64,000 nt of DNA from Octopus sinensis (lineage: Eukaryota): positions 123,504,001 through 123,568,000 of the forward strand of contig NC_043001.1 in assembly GCF_006345805.1 (NCBI RefSeq), in the 5' to 3' direction. A program made the translations under genes and the position numbers. Of this stretch, positions 1 to 13,001 are shown one piece after another. Every line of letters starts with the position of its first letter. Position 1 is the first letter of the stretch. A model generated the notes under the pieces. It had not been told where the DNA came from, searched no databases, and saw nothing but the letters and a program-made list of their open reading frames with translations.

Positions 1-240
1 TATATGTATATGTGTGTATCTTTGCGTCTATGTTTGTACCCCTCCACCGCTAGGCAACCGGTTTTGGCGTGTTTACGACCCTGTAACTTAGCGGTTCGGC
101 AAAAGAGTTATTTGGAATAAGTACCAGGCTTAACAAAAAACATAACTGGAGTTGATTCGTTCGACTAAAACAAATCGTTCAAGGCGGTGCCCCAGCATGG
201 CCGCACTCTAATGACTGAAACAAGTTAAAGACAAAAGATA
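1..240 (+). mobile_element. SINE-B, 3' half
   Basis: Contains AACTTAGCGGTTCGGCAAAAGAG ... AAGGCGGTGCCCCAGCATGGCCGCA ... ATGACTGAAACAAG, shared with the full copies at 17445-17845 and 57935-58365. Confidence 0.85.
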
Positions 241-697
241 CTGACTCTACTCACTTCTGCTACAACTAAATTGAAGAAAAAACTTTACAAGCAATTACCA
301 ACACCTATTACTAGCATCATAATTAAGACAAATATCGTCACCAGCACCATGATTATGATTTTGATGATGATGGCCATGATGATGATGATGACGATGATGA
401 TGATGATGATCAATGCTTCAACAACAAAAGGGGGAAAAAAATGAAAAAAATGCAATCTTAATATGCGTAAGACTTCATAAGAGTGTATTTGACCTTTACG
501 TCTAATTGACATTTCTTGACTTGACACCAGTGGAATTTAATTGAAAAATCTTATTGGAAAAATAAATGAATAGATAAAATAAAAATGTAGGACTGCACCC
601 TTCCCCTGAGAAACCTCAGAACAAAACAAAATAATCGTAACTAATGAATAAATTAAATTAACCTGTCATCAAATATTTTCGCTGGTACTTCATACAT

Positions 698-740
<43 letters not shown>

Positions 741-966
741 TGAGTGTATTTTTACCTTGTTAACAATTAACACGGAAAAATAAATAAATAGTTACCAGGG
801 CAGCAAAAATCTCACAAGTAAAGGTGTTGTAACTCCTTGTTATAAATAGTATCAGTGGAATTTTTGTAACATGTGTCGAAAGTAAAAATACTTGTTTACA
901 CCTGCGTTAACTCCATTTTTTATTCACACACATATATATATATATTATATATATATATATATAGTG

Positions 967-1116
967 AAGGTGCGTGGCTTAGTGGTTAGGGTATTCGGCT
1001 CACGATTTTAAGGTCGTGAGTTTAAATTCTGGGCGACACCTTGTGGCCTTGAGTAATACACTTTATTTCACGTTGCTCCTGTCCACTCAGCTGGCAAAAA
1101 TGAGTAGTGCCTGTAC
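967..1116 (+). mobile_element. SINE-A, 5' part (tRNA-derived head)
   Basis: GGTGCGTGGCTTAGTGGTTAGGG head followed by TTGAGTAATACACTTTATTTCACGTTGCTCC; matches 40370-40655 and 41802-42120. Confidence 0.85.
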
Positions 1117-1404
1117 AGTCATTATATGACTTCGAGTGTTACGTTATAGACAACTTTGACCATTGAACGAAATCAAACACATTATCGATAGAACGTTATA
1201 AAATTAATATAGCAAAACGGAAACAATGTAGTTTATAAAACATAAAATTTCGAAAAGCCATGTAGTTATTATTTAAGGTCCTGCTCAGATTTTCAGCCCT
1301 CCAGGAACCTTCAAACATAATGGGTTAATGTGTTAGGTGTGTACAAGTCGAATGCATCACTCCTCTACAAAGCTGTTACCTTGAACCAATGATAGAAACT
1401 ACGA

Positions 1405-1990
1405 ATATTTCTTTATTGTACACTGAATTGGTTGTTATAATTACAAGTTTTCGACCGTTCTGCTGTTCCACACAACAGCCGTCTTCAGGTGCCTGTTTTA
1501 TTTGGTATAATATTTTCGGATATTCGACCGGAAATATTTATTAAATCCGCGGTGGCAGACAGATCTTATTCATTTGTCCATACCAGGGGTATTCTTGTAT
1601 TAATTATTCTCCTATCTAAACCCAAGTATTTATAGTGTTTGACGGACGCTTTATTAAATTCACAACAACTTCCTAAATTACAACTCTTAACTGTGGGTTC
1701 GGTCACATGCCCTAAGACTCACAATGTCGGAGCTTCACTCCATGGCGTATAAGTAATTGAGATTAAAACAGTCGCTTATAAACAGGACGCCGCTGGTCCG
1801 TCTCCGATCCGTAGCAATACCAACTTCCCAGCTGTTCCTAGAATTCATTTGCAGCTGAGAGAACCTTGAAACGAAGAGTCTGGGTCTAGAGCACAGTGCA
1901 CTGCCCGCTCCGTGAAACGAAACAACGATCTTACACACCCGAGAGTGCAACACCCAAACCAATAGGTCACACACCTTTATTACAACACAA
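1405..1990 (-). mobile_element. Penelope-like pLTR remnant
   Basis: Minus-strand order: TATA-like CTATAAATA (1635-1627), hammerhead-like CTGAAGA...GAAAAC-TT-GTA (1488-1442), then AATAAAG (1417-1411). This resembles the layout of PLE terminal repeats. Left and right limits are approximate. Confidence 0.5.
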
Positions 1991-3564
1991 CACAACACTT
2001 TAAACTTGACACTCAGTCAACACTGATATTCGCTAACCCATTATGGACTGGGAAACCTATCATATGCATGTATTTCTGAATAACAGCAGCGGTGTGAGCA
2101 AAAGAAATTCGGTTTTATTGGGAAACAAAACTCTCTCACAGATTCCACATGCCGTCTCCTTGTGTGTTTTTGCTGTCTAGTGTTCACAACAGTCTCTTTC
2201 ATTCCTATCAGAGTGTTAGCATGAAATACTGCATATTTTGTTTTAGAGAACAGGCCAAATTTTCCATGGCAGAGATATAATCGATAAAGCCAGTATGACT
2301 AATTTGCTCATCTATCTAATTGTAAAATCATACACGCGATATTTAATTCTTATTAATATTTTGTCTTGCTATTTTGGCTTGTGCTTTGTAGCACTTTTTG
2401 CTGTTGTTTTCGTTATTACTGTTGTCATTGTTGATAATGATGATGATGTTACTGTTCAATATGATATTCACACTGCAATAGGGAAGCTTTTGCTGTCCTG
2501 TAGGATATTGAATAGCTGTGATATATGTCCGTTTGATTTATCCTGTGCTGGAGATTGGTTTCATATTAGATAACGGAACCGTCTTCTGAAGTCACATATT
2601 ATTTGATTGATCATATATATCAAAATTCCGGTTATTTATTTATTCTAACGGGCAGAGCACTGGAAATGGCCGAGGTTGTATAATGGATTGCATAATATAG
2701 TTTTATCATTCTAAGTATGAAAAATCGCATCTATTGTCTGGAGTACCATAGAATACATAAATAAAAGCAATATACGGATGTCGATTTAATTGCCTACATC
2801 CTTCTCCGAAAATATTTCACGTTTTCCTATTGGAGAAGAGTCATCATATGCATTATCTGTATTTTTGTTATTTAGCATCTGGAATACTGCCAGCCACCCA
2901 CTGCATCCTCACCATATGAGCTATGCGATTGGCGGAACTTCAAACAACTCCCAATGGATACAGGGTTAGGGGAAGGTATAAGCGACGAGAGTCTGGGAAT
3001 AATATTGGGCAATAATGAGAAATATATGAGGGGTTTACAAACATTTCTGCAAGATTTCCAAATCCTGGTTTAAGAACTATTTTTAGAAGTTCTTGGCATT
3101 ACAATGCTATCTTGGGCTATGGGGGTGACTATTTCGGATAAACTCTACAAACAGTAGTGGTGGAACTACCACAAGCCGGATGTGTCCGAATTTCGTAATA
3201 CAGAACAACGAAAATAGCAGTACCAGCAGCAGCAGCAGCATCGATAGCAACTCCAGCAGTAATACATGTAGTAGGTGTGGTGTCGGTGATGGTTATGGTG
3301 GTGGTAGATCTTAAAGCAGAAGAGGACAACAAAATAGTGTAAACGATTAAGCGCCGAACTAAACTTGGCTCCATATTTTGTCATCATAAATCTTGATGTT
3401 AACATTTAAATTATCCGAGCCATGATAACAACCATTTAAAACTATACAGGCATAGAATATCGCCATATTTACTTTGTAATAGAAGCTATTCTATATATTG
3501 TCAAAACCATTTCTTCGTACACCTCCTTTGTCTACATGGTCAGTGAAATACAATTTCAGAAATT

Positions 3565-4011
3565 ATTTTCTACTCTAGGCACAAGGCCCGGAATTTGGGG
3601 GAGGGACCAGTCGATTATATCGACTCCAGTACGCAACTGGTACTTAATTTATCAACCCCGAAAGGATGAAAGGTAAAGTCAATCTCGGCGGAATTTGAAC
3701 GCAGAACGTAAAGACAGACGAATTACCGCTGAGCGTTTCGCCCGGCGTGCTAACGTTTCTGCAAGCCCACCGCTTTTGTATTTGGAGTAAATAATCCTTT
3801 CTACTCTAGGAACAGGGCCTGCGATTTTGGGGGAGGTGGCCAGTCGATTAGATTGACCCCAGTACGCAATTGGTACTTAATTTATCGACCCCGAATGGAA
3901 GAAAGGTAAAGTCAACCTCGGCGGAATTTGAACTCAGAACGTAAAGACAGACAAAATACCGCCAAGTATTTTGCCCGGCATGCTAACGTTTCTGTCAGCT
4001 CGCCGCCTTAG
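3565..4011 (-). mobile_element. SINE-C tandem dimer
   Basis: Two head-to-tail copies (about 3566-3775 and 3797-4010) with a tRNA-like head containing GTTCAAATTCC. The pair is flanked by a 14-bp direct repeat CAATTTCAGAAATT (3551-3564 and 4012-4025). Confidence 0.9.
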
Positions 4012-5111
4012 CAATTTCAGAAATTGCAAACATGATTCTTACTCTGGGCATGTATTTGAGTTCCAACACACGATTCCACATGATGTTTCTTCTTTGTCAT
4101 AATTTTAATTGCAACAGCTGTGGCAATAGAATAGTGGTGGTGATGGTGGCAGTTAGTAGTAGTAGTTAGTAGTAGTAGTAAATTTAGAAGGAACAATAGT
4201 AATAATATAAGTAGTTGCTGTCCTTGTTTGTAGTTGTAACTGTAATTGTTTGGAATACTAAATGCTTACGTATATTCAATAAATTTGCACATATTTCAAT
4301 AACAATGAAATATGAGGAAATACCTTATAGGCAGAGTGTATGATCAAATGACCAGAGATTGCATAACAAACGTGAATATATTTCATACTATAAAATGAAC
4401 TTCACACGGTGATATAGTATCTCAAACGACATCTATGGTAATAATGGTTGTTGATAATGTCTGCTGTTTATTATATATTGCAAAAGATGTTTAAGTATGT
4501 TATATCATCTCCGATGATTTGCTGTTAATTACGAACTCTTTTCCATAAGTGAGTTTATCGTAAATGAAACACGTGTAATATGTATTGAATAAAGGTAAAA
4601 ATTATCTTCACACTTAATTGTTTGTCTGAATATATATATGTACATATATATGTGTGTGTGTGTGTGGTGTGTGTGTGAATTTATACATAAATATGTGTGT
4701 GAGTACGTGTAATCTGTGTCTATGAGCATGTATGTAACTTATGGTATAATTATACAGAGGGCAAATTTTATCCATATCTCCGCAGAATGCAAAAACAAAA
4801 ACATAAACACTCTTAATCGATTTTCGAATCCTATTGAGTTCTCATCAAAGGCGTCGACATCACTCTGACAGTCTCCAGAGAAACGAGCAGCCAAGCTGTT
4901 TATATACTCAATAAACGCACCATTTACTCTATCGAAGGAGTCCTTAGTTTGCATACTGACAATGTTTAACACTGTATAAATACCAGGGACCTGTCAACAG
5001 GGATCTTATCCCACACAGTATCGAGGTATAATATATATGTAACGTGGTATTCAAGCATACACTTGTATATGTATACACACACATATATTTCTATACATAT
5101 CTTCATATATA

Positions 5112-5322
5112 TATATAGTTAATCCAAACATGAACAAAGAGAAAATACAAACACGCGAAGACGTGGAACAAGTATAGTGTTAATGGACGCTCAGGAAAGA
5201 AAGAAAGCAGGAAGCTTTAACGTTTCCAGAGGAGCTCTTCGTCAGAAACATAGAAAAAGGAAAAGTCCAAGGAAGGGAAGACGGAGAGAGAAAATCGCCA
5301 ACGATACACTAGCGGTCACATA
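5112..5322 (-). mobile_element. Short Penelope-like element with hammerhead-like core, in (TA)n
   Basis: Minus strand reads TGTTT-CTGACGA-A-GAGCTCCTCTG-GAAAC-GT-T-AAAG (5250-5213), then TTCCTGAGCG shared with the 28.6 and 38.1 kb elements. (TA)n on both flanks. Confidence 0.6.
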
Positions 5323-5963
5323 TTGAAATGTATATATATATATATATATGCATCTATACATATGCATACACACACACATACATGTGTGCATGTATATCTC
5401 ATGTATATCACATGCGTGTATATATTTGATACAATCAGTATTCGTGAACATGCGTGTTCGTAAAAGCTAGAAGAGTTTACTGCTGTAATATCAATTGAAA
5501 ACTTCTAATCACTTAAGCAACAGAAATGCATAACCTCAACATACAATGAAAGGGAACCAAAATCAGTACTGAAACACATGCTGTGCTGTATAACAGAGGC
5601 CGTTATATACATTGAATGTTAAACTATCAATGTTCTACGTAAAGTAGTACATATGCTGCCGACAACCTGTTACAAAACGAATTGCATGTGTATATTTATT
5701 TTGAAAGTCCAGAATGTATGGCATTTAGTATTTAGTGCATCTAGTACTTGACTAAATGTTAACTGCAAGTATTATATAATGTTGACATAAACCTCAGAGC
5801 GATTGAAATTCGTAAAAGAATTAAGAGGATTTTAAGTGGAATTTCATTAATTCTCGGCGCTTTGAAATAATTATGTGAAAGGTGTGGAAGACGTTTATGT
5901 ATATATACATCCACTGATACATCCACATACAAATACGCACACACATGCAGACACACACACACA

Positions 5964-6016
<53 letters not shown>

Positions 6017-6038
6017 GTGTGTATACGTAGACATATGC

Positions 6039-6090
<52 letters not shown>

Positions 6091-6604
6091 ATAGATAAAT
6101 AGATAAATAGAGAGGAAGGGAGAGAGAGAAAGTGAAATGATCAATGGTGCAAAAGCGACGCATTTCGAAGGAGTTCAAAGGTGTAACAAAATGCAAGTGT
6201 AAAAAGTGATCTACGAATTAAGTACTCCAAATAATCGGAAAGAGAAAGAGAGACAGGGTGGAAGTAGGAGAGAGAGATGCGTACATATACGCACATAAAT
6301 CTTAAATTATAGGTGTGTCACATATATACGGTATATTAAAGGCCGTTGAAAATATAAACTGATATAAAACTGAACACAAAATGTTGTCAGATATATATTT
6401 TATATCAATGAAAAGTATACATAATATATGTGTGTGTGTGTGTGTGTGTAATGTATGTAAGTGTACATAATAAATGTATATATTTCATTGATATAAGAAT
6501 CTCTATATATGACTTCCTCAATTTTATACCAGGTAATGTTTTATCTGGGCTCTTATCTGTCTCTCTACATGTCACTCTATCTGTCTCTCTCTCTCCCTCT
6601 CTCC

Positions 6605-6643
<39 letters not shown>

Positions 6644-6690
6644 CTCTGCACACACATATATATATATATATATGTAAACTATACAGGTGC

Positions 6691-6845
6691 AGTCGTGGCT
6701 GTGGGGTAAGAAACTTGATACTCAATCACATGGTTTCGGGCTCAGTGGCAACTTAGGCAAGTGTCTTCTACTATAGCCTCGGTCAGATCAAAGCCTTGCG
6801 TGTGGATGTGGTAGACGGAAACTGAAAGAAGCGCGTCGAATATAT
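6691..6845 (+). mobile_element. SINE-B, 5' half
   Basis: GTCGTGGCTGTGGGGTAAGAA head, TTAGGCAAGTGTCTTCTACTATAGCCTCGG (CORE-like) and GTAGACGGAAACTGAAAGAAG. Confidence 0.85.
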
Positions 6846-6878
6846 AAATACATGTGTACGTGTGTATGTATGTATTTC

Positions 6879-7305
6879 AACTCTTATCTTTAGCAAAAGC
6901 GATGCTAGTCAGTACCTCTGTCATTTTAGTGACTTCTACTAATTTTGCTTTTAGCTTCTAATTGCTAATAAATCACCCTTTTTAATTTGTTGTTTACACT
7001 TTACCGCTTTGAAAAATCAGCACATGTTTTCAACGGTTTTTCTTATAAGCCTAACAAAAGTAGTTGAGTTTAACCCTAGACGTTAAGAGCCGTTGATGGT
7101 CCTCATCAAAATCCGAAATCGCGCTCCGGCTATGTACGCTGGGACTTACCTCCCTTTATCAGTCAGTAAGACAGTGATCTTGAGTTAGTTTAACTCTTAT
7201 CTTTAGCAAAAGCTATGCTAGTCAGTACCCGCTGTCACTTTTATGACCTCTATTAATTTAGTCTTTATGTTCAAATTGCTAATAAGTCACCCTTTTTAAT
7301 TTGTT
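6879..7305. repeat. Diverged ~113-bp direct repeat pair
   Basis: 6879-6991 and 7192-7305 both start AACTCTTATCTTTAGCAAAAGC.ATGCTAGTCAGTACC and end ATTGCTAATAA.TCACCCTTTTTAATTTGTT. Confidence 0.85.
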
Positions 7306-7419
7306 ATATATATTTGTATGTATGTATATTGATATCTGTAAGGCATTGAAGTGTTCCCTGACTGATGAACAGTTGTAATTGAGCCGAATGCAGGGCTCCA
7401 GACAACTATTATAGTGAAA

Positions 7420-7625
7420 TTTGAGCACAAGGCCAGGAATTGCGGGGATTGGGTAAGTTGATTACATCAACCCTCATTGCTCTACGTTGTTCTTATTTCA
7501 TCGACTCCGAAATGATGAAAGGCAAAATCGAACTCGGCGGAATTTGAACTCAGAAGGTGAAGACGGACGAAATGCCGCTATGCATTTTGCCTGTAGTGCT
7601 AACGATTCTGCCAGCTCGCCACCTA
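7420..7625 (-). mobile_element. SINE-C copy (diverged)
   Basis: ATGAAAGGCAAAATCGAACTCGGCGGAATTTGAACTCAGAA ... GCCAGCTCGCC on the plus strand, as in 3797-4010. Confidence 0.8.
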
Positions 7626-7659
7626 TAGGGACTATAATATTAGATTGTGTCCATCCTTA

Positions 7660-7703
<44 letters not shown>

Positions 7704-7769
7704 CGTATGTGTGTGTGTGTCAGCGTGTGCGTGTGTGTCCCTCCCACCGCCTGACAACCGGTGTTGATG

Positions 7770-8075
7770 CACCAAGAAGTTGTTTAGTATCCGTTGCATG
7801 TCCTCAAGATTGCGCAATTGTCTGTGAAAAGCAAATCTTGAACAGTTTGCACCAAAGCCCCAGTTTTTGATTTGAAGCGCTGTTGGTTGAACAAGCCACC
7901 ACCGGTTCTGTTCTCATACTTTACTCCTTCTTTAACGTCTTCGAACGCTGTGTCTAACATAACGGAGAAATACAATGCAAATAAGAGCGTAATGAATTTG
8001 CTGGACATAATTCTCCGGTACAACCGAACATCAGAACCCATATTTCACTATCACATTCTCTTTGTCATAACACAA
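7770..8075 (-). pseudogene. RTE-clade LINE reverse transcriptase fragment
   Basis: Translation LFALYFSVMLDTAFEDVKEGV...GLFNQQRFKSKT...VQDLLFTDNCA, then (frameshift) NLEDMQRILNNF. Matches the RTE/BovB RT pattern LFsxfFSxML...GxLFNlxRlKaKT...vRdLLFADDCA. Confidence 0.8.
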
Positions 8076-8859
8076 ACACTCAGGGAGGGAGATGCTACGT
8101 GGTGGCTCGAACTGCTAGATATAACTGCCAAATATCTGTTAAATTGCTCAATATTAGTCTCAATATGCAGTACTCACATAGTTTTGCTGGAAATAATTTT
8201 ACCCCCGATTACACGGTAACACCCTCACCAACGTTAAGAATTTAGTAAGTTGACCCCACCCACCGACTCCAAATTCATAGAGGGAAGCGTATGAGTTACA
8301 TATTTAAATATGTCGCTAAATTCTCCTTGGCAGTGTCTTTTATCTTTTATCGTTTACATATTTCAGTTTTAAGATTGCGGCCATACTGGGGCACTGCTTG
8401 AGCTTATAGTAAAAGACAATTGACCAAAGGATTGGGATTGAATTCGGAACCATTTGCAAATTATCTAGCTCATAGGTATTTCTGACAACAAAAGGGAATG
8501 GTGCTAATAGTGCCTTGGGCAGGAATGCAAGGTAAGCATCTTCGGTAAATTTGAACTCACACAGCGTAAGTTAGGATATGAAATCTGTATCCATTCGACC
8601 AAGTCAGTGCTACTAACTAACAATGTTAACTGCATTTAGTAATACTTTTAACGATAACACTTGCATCAACTGCAACAGCAATAACCACAAGCACAGACTT
8701 ACCAATAGCATTACGACTACTATTATTAGCGCTACCACTACAACCAATACCGCCAACAACACTTTTACAACCAGCACCGCCATTAAATTTACTGTCACCC
8801 TTGCCCTCACCACAACTCTCATTATCCTCAACACCACACCAAACAACATACACACAAAC

Positions 8860-9368
8860 ATACACAGACACACACAGAGTAGAACACACACGCAGAGTAA
8901 AACACACACACACACACACATACACATAGTAACATATCACATGCAAAATCGTACATACCTATACACACATACGCACGCTCACACACACAAACATACACAG
9001 ACACACACAGAGTAGAACAACACAGCAGAGTAAGCCACACGCACACACAATACACATACATAGTAACACTAACATGCAAAATCGTACATACATATACACA
9101 CATACGCACGCTCACACACACCACACACACAGCACACACAGAGTAGAACACACACGCAGAGTAAAACACACACACACACACACATACACATAGTAACATA
9201 TCACATGCAAAATCGTACATACATATACACACATACGCACGCTCACACACACACACAGACACACACAGAGTAGAACACACACGCAGAGTAAAACACACAC
9301 ACACACACACATACACATAGTAACATATCACATGCAAAATCGTACATACATATACACACATATGCACG

Positions 9369-9375
<7 letters not shown>
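8860..9375. repeat. Compound minisatellite, ~120-130-bp unit, about 4 copies
   Basis: Repeating anchors CAGAGTAGAACAC, GCAGAGTAAAAC and TAGTAACATATCACATGCAAAATCGTACATAC separated by (CA)n. Confidence 0.9.
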
Positions 9376-9411
<36 letters not shown>

Positions 9412-9551
9412 CCAATCTTCTAAATATCAAAGGGAATTTGGCAAAAACCCAAACAAATATTGTCATTATTCCACTCTCAATTCTTCAAGTTATCGATTAC
9501 TTTTGTATTTCAATGTAAAACCGACAAAACCAATACAGAAGCAGCAGCAGC

Positions 9552-9582
<31 letters not shown>

Positions 9583-10342
9583 GCAACGACAGCAACTACT
9601 GAAAAACCGCTGAATAGAATGGAAAAAGCTTGGAGAGAAATACAGAACCAAAGACTAGCATATGTGTACTAACACACATACTCACAGAGAAACACATTAA
9701 CACATTAACACCATACATTGTACACATCTTATGATTTTTGTTATTTTATTTTAGTGTATTTTTATGTATTTATTATTTTTGTCCTTTTTTTTTGTGCGCA
9801 GGCATCGTTGTCTGGTTGGAGAGTAAGTTGATTTAAGAAACATGAAAATCACGTTTCGATACTACTGTTATAGGCATGTGTCTTCTATTGTAGCCTCGGG
9901 TTGGTAGACAGAAGGTGAGCAGGTAAGAACTTCATTTCACAACCGTGAGATTCTTGGTTCGAGTCTTGAGCAAGTCACTTTACCATAATCTCGGGTTGAA
10001 CTTGTAAGTGAAATTAGTTAATCGGAAACTGTAAAATCTCTTCCGATGAATTTGGATACTATTCGAAGGTCCAGCCTTGTCACATAATGTAACACAGAAA
10101 ACGTTTTGGAATTACGCTAATGGTGCATTTGTCTTAGGGATACTCGACCACTTACTCGTTACTTTAAAGAATCAGTTGATCGAATAGATTTAAAATTATC
10201 ACCGAAACCGACCGAGAATCATTCTATTATATGTACATATATATGTATCGATTAATGCATGTATATATCTACGTATGCATAAATATATACATATATATGT
10301 GTGTGTATGCGCACGCGTATGTATATACATACATACCGTATA

Positions 10343-10381
<39 letters not shown>

Positions 10382-10749
10382 ATGTGTATCTACATATGTA
10401 TACATGTGTAACACATGTATCTACACATGTATGATGTGCGTAATTATGTAGGCATGTATATATGCAAGTGCGCTAAAGGGTGATACTCATGTGACCCTTA
10501 ATACCTGCTGAAGATACTGAACATTTTCCAATAATAGATTGATTTAGTCACCATCCATACAAGGAGTTTGCAGCATCTTTAAGTAGCTTCTTCAGTTTCC
10601 GCTAAGGGCAAAGTATCTCGGATGCATAATTCACATATGCATACATACATACATACATACATATTTAAATGAATAGAATTTACATATATATTGTATGCAT
10701 TTGTATACATGTATGCATATGTATATACATATATATATACATATATATA

Positions 10750-10787
<38 letters not shown>

Positions 10788-10876
10788 ATTCAATATATAT
10801 AAGGAGGGAAGTGTATGTATGCATATGTATATATCATATAATCTATATATATATATTATATATATATTATGCATAT

Positions 10877-10955
<79 letters not shown>

Positions 10956-11084
10956 GGGAGAGTTTACAAAAAAAACAAAAGACGAAGACGTGTGTATAAT
11001 TATATATATATATATATATATACAACATTCCAATATATATAAGGAGGGAAGTTGGGAGAGTCGTTAGCTCGGTGAACAAATTCT

Positions 11085-11250
11085 TAGCGGAATTTTGTCC
11101 GTCATCCGACCTTGAGTTCAATTACACCGAGCTCGACACTGCCTTCCATCCTATCAGGGTTCATAAATTGAGTACCAGTTAAACATTGTGGTTGATGTAA
11201 TCGAATTAATTGCCTCCCTCGAAATTGCTGGCCTTGTGTCAACATTTGAA
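11085..11250 (+). mobile_element. SINE-C copy (diverged)
   Basis: CTTAGCGGAATTTTGTCC...TTGAGTTCAATTACACCGAG...GAGTACCAGTT...GATGTAATCGA...CTGGCCTTGTG. Confidence 0.7.
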
Positions 11251-11316
11251 ACCAATATTCCTACGCTTCTACATATATTCATAGACAAATGTCGCGTGTG
11301 CGAGCACGCAGACACA

Positions 11317-12458
11317 CACGGGTGTTCGGTTAGAATTATAGAAGCATCACTGTTATTTAACTAATCTTTCTGCTGGATGTATGACTATTTCAGAACTGTT
11401 TCTGCTCTGTATATATGTACTCATTTGCATTATGTATGCGATGTAATGCATGGTATAGCTCTCCGTTTCTTTTCTTCTTTTTCAGATATATTTAAATAAG
11501 TTAAAATTGCTGGGAATGCATAGCCGGAGGCATAAATAATGGTGGATTGTCTAATATTTCAAGAAGTACAATCTCTAAAATCGTGTTGGCTTTACAAGCC
11601 TAGTAAAACTAATTCTGGTAAGTACGATTCTGAAAGAAGGCAAAGCTCACAGTGAGGTATCGCAAAATAATTAAACGTATTCTGTTAAACACCATCAAAA
11701 TACGGCAGCAAATGTGACAGTCGAGTGAAACTATCGCCTTGCCAATCCTGTGACGACTAAATCCCTTGTCTTGAGCTCCATAAAACTGGATACCATGGGA
11801 GAGCGACTGCTAAATCTCCCCTGTTCACCTTCGACAGTGATAAGCAGAAAACAAAAATGATGTCTAGATAATCAGAAGTAATCAGTATTTCAATGATAAC
11901 TTATTTGATGAATCATCATTCATTCTTTATCCCGCTTGAGGGCGAATTGATGTCTGGATTCAATCCAAAGAAGTCATCAGTCCTCACTGTTTGGCCTCCT
12001 ACTCTGAAGCATAAAAGAGACTTTGTGATGATTCGGGCAGTCACATCAAGGAATTCTCATGTCCCTTTAAATGTGCTTGAAGACTGACTTCGCATCAAGC
12101 ATTGTCTTCATATTTTGACTGACCTTTCAGGACGCTGACGCACCGATTCACACGGTTAGTGTTGTTAAAAAATGGATACGAAGATCACAAAAGTGAAGTA
12201 AATCACTTGATTTACACCCAAACCGCAATGACCAGATCCTAACATAATAGAAAATTTAAGGCGCAATATCATCACTGAAAGAGATGAAACAGGCATTACT
12301 TGAGAAATAGTTCACAATTCCCCTGACAATCATTCAGAACCTGTGCAATTTGATTCCTTGATGCTATAGCTGTCATTGACGCCAAAAATGGACCTACCCT
12401 GCAGTGACTAATAACACTTCCTTTTAACAAGATGTTTCCATTATTTTGTCCAACGGTG
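11317..12458 (+). mobile_element. Decayed Tc1-family DNA transposon (DDE transposase pseudogene)
   Basis: Motifs in order: NISRSTISKI (HTH), DESSFILYP (11906+), PTLKHKRDFVMIRAV, FQDADAPIHTVSVVKKW, PQ*PDPNIIENL, IAVIDAKNGPT. The right end ...TTCCATTATTTTGTCCAACGGTG-TA looks like a Tc1 TIR; a weak left TIR match lies near 11317-11350. Confidence 0.85.
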
Positions 12459-12521
12459 TATATAATTCACCCATACATATACAAACACACAGACACACAC
12501 ACACACATACACAGAATACAT

Positions 12522-12566
<45 letters not shown>

Positions 12567-12571
<5 letters not shown>

Positions 12572-12915
12572 TCAGGTTGGATACTTGATACTTTAAGCAC
12601 CTGTGTATGCCAGCTATGGTGTAGGTGATAGGATATATTTATCAAAAGAAAAACAGGATGCAAAGGAATTTGCGGTACATATGTTTCTGGCTTTATTGAA
12701 CAATATATATCAATGCATAATTGATATAAAATGTAGGTCAACAGCCTTCTTCAGCCGCGTACAATCACCACACCAGACATATATTACATTATAGCAGGTT
12801 TGAGAAAAAGTTTTTGAAAAAAAAACCAGTTTCATTGGGAAGGTAAATCCTCATAGTCGTATACGGCATAGCGAGACACCAAAACAAAAAAACGTCCATA
12901 CCGTTTTTCACTCGA
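12567..12915 (-). mobile_element. Penelope-like remnants between (TA)n arrays
   Basis: 12567-12665 is homologous to 38850-38960. Minus strand has CTGAAGAAGGC (~12755) with downstream AATAAAG (~12695), and a second degenerate core CT-ATGA-GGA..TCC-CAAT-GAAAC-TG-GT (12858-12825). Confidence 0.55.
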
Positions 12916-12919
12916 TATA

Positions 12920-13001
<82 letters not shown>

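Noticed and set aside
2876-3230. Plus-strand frame HLEYCQPP...FLQDFQILV*ELFLEVLG... after a TTTAG acceptor
   Set aside because: Two in-frame stops, no recognisable motif and no convincing donor; compatible with chance.
10783-11050. Repeated TACAA..TTC.AATATATATAAGGAGGGAAGT anchors about 240 bp apart
   Set aside because: Short local duplication inside (TA)n; probably slippage or assembly redundancy.
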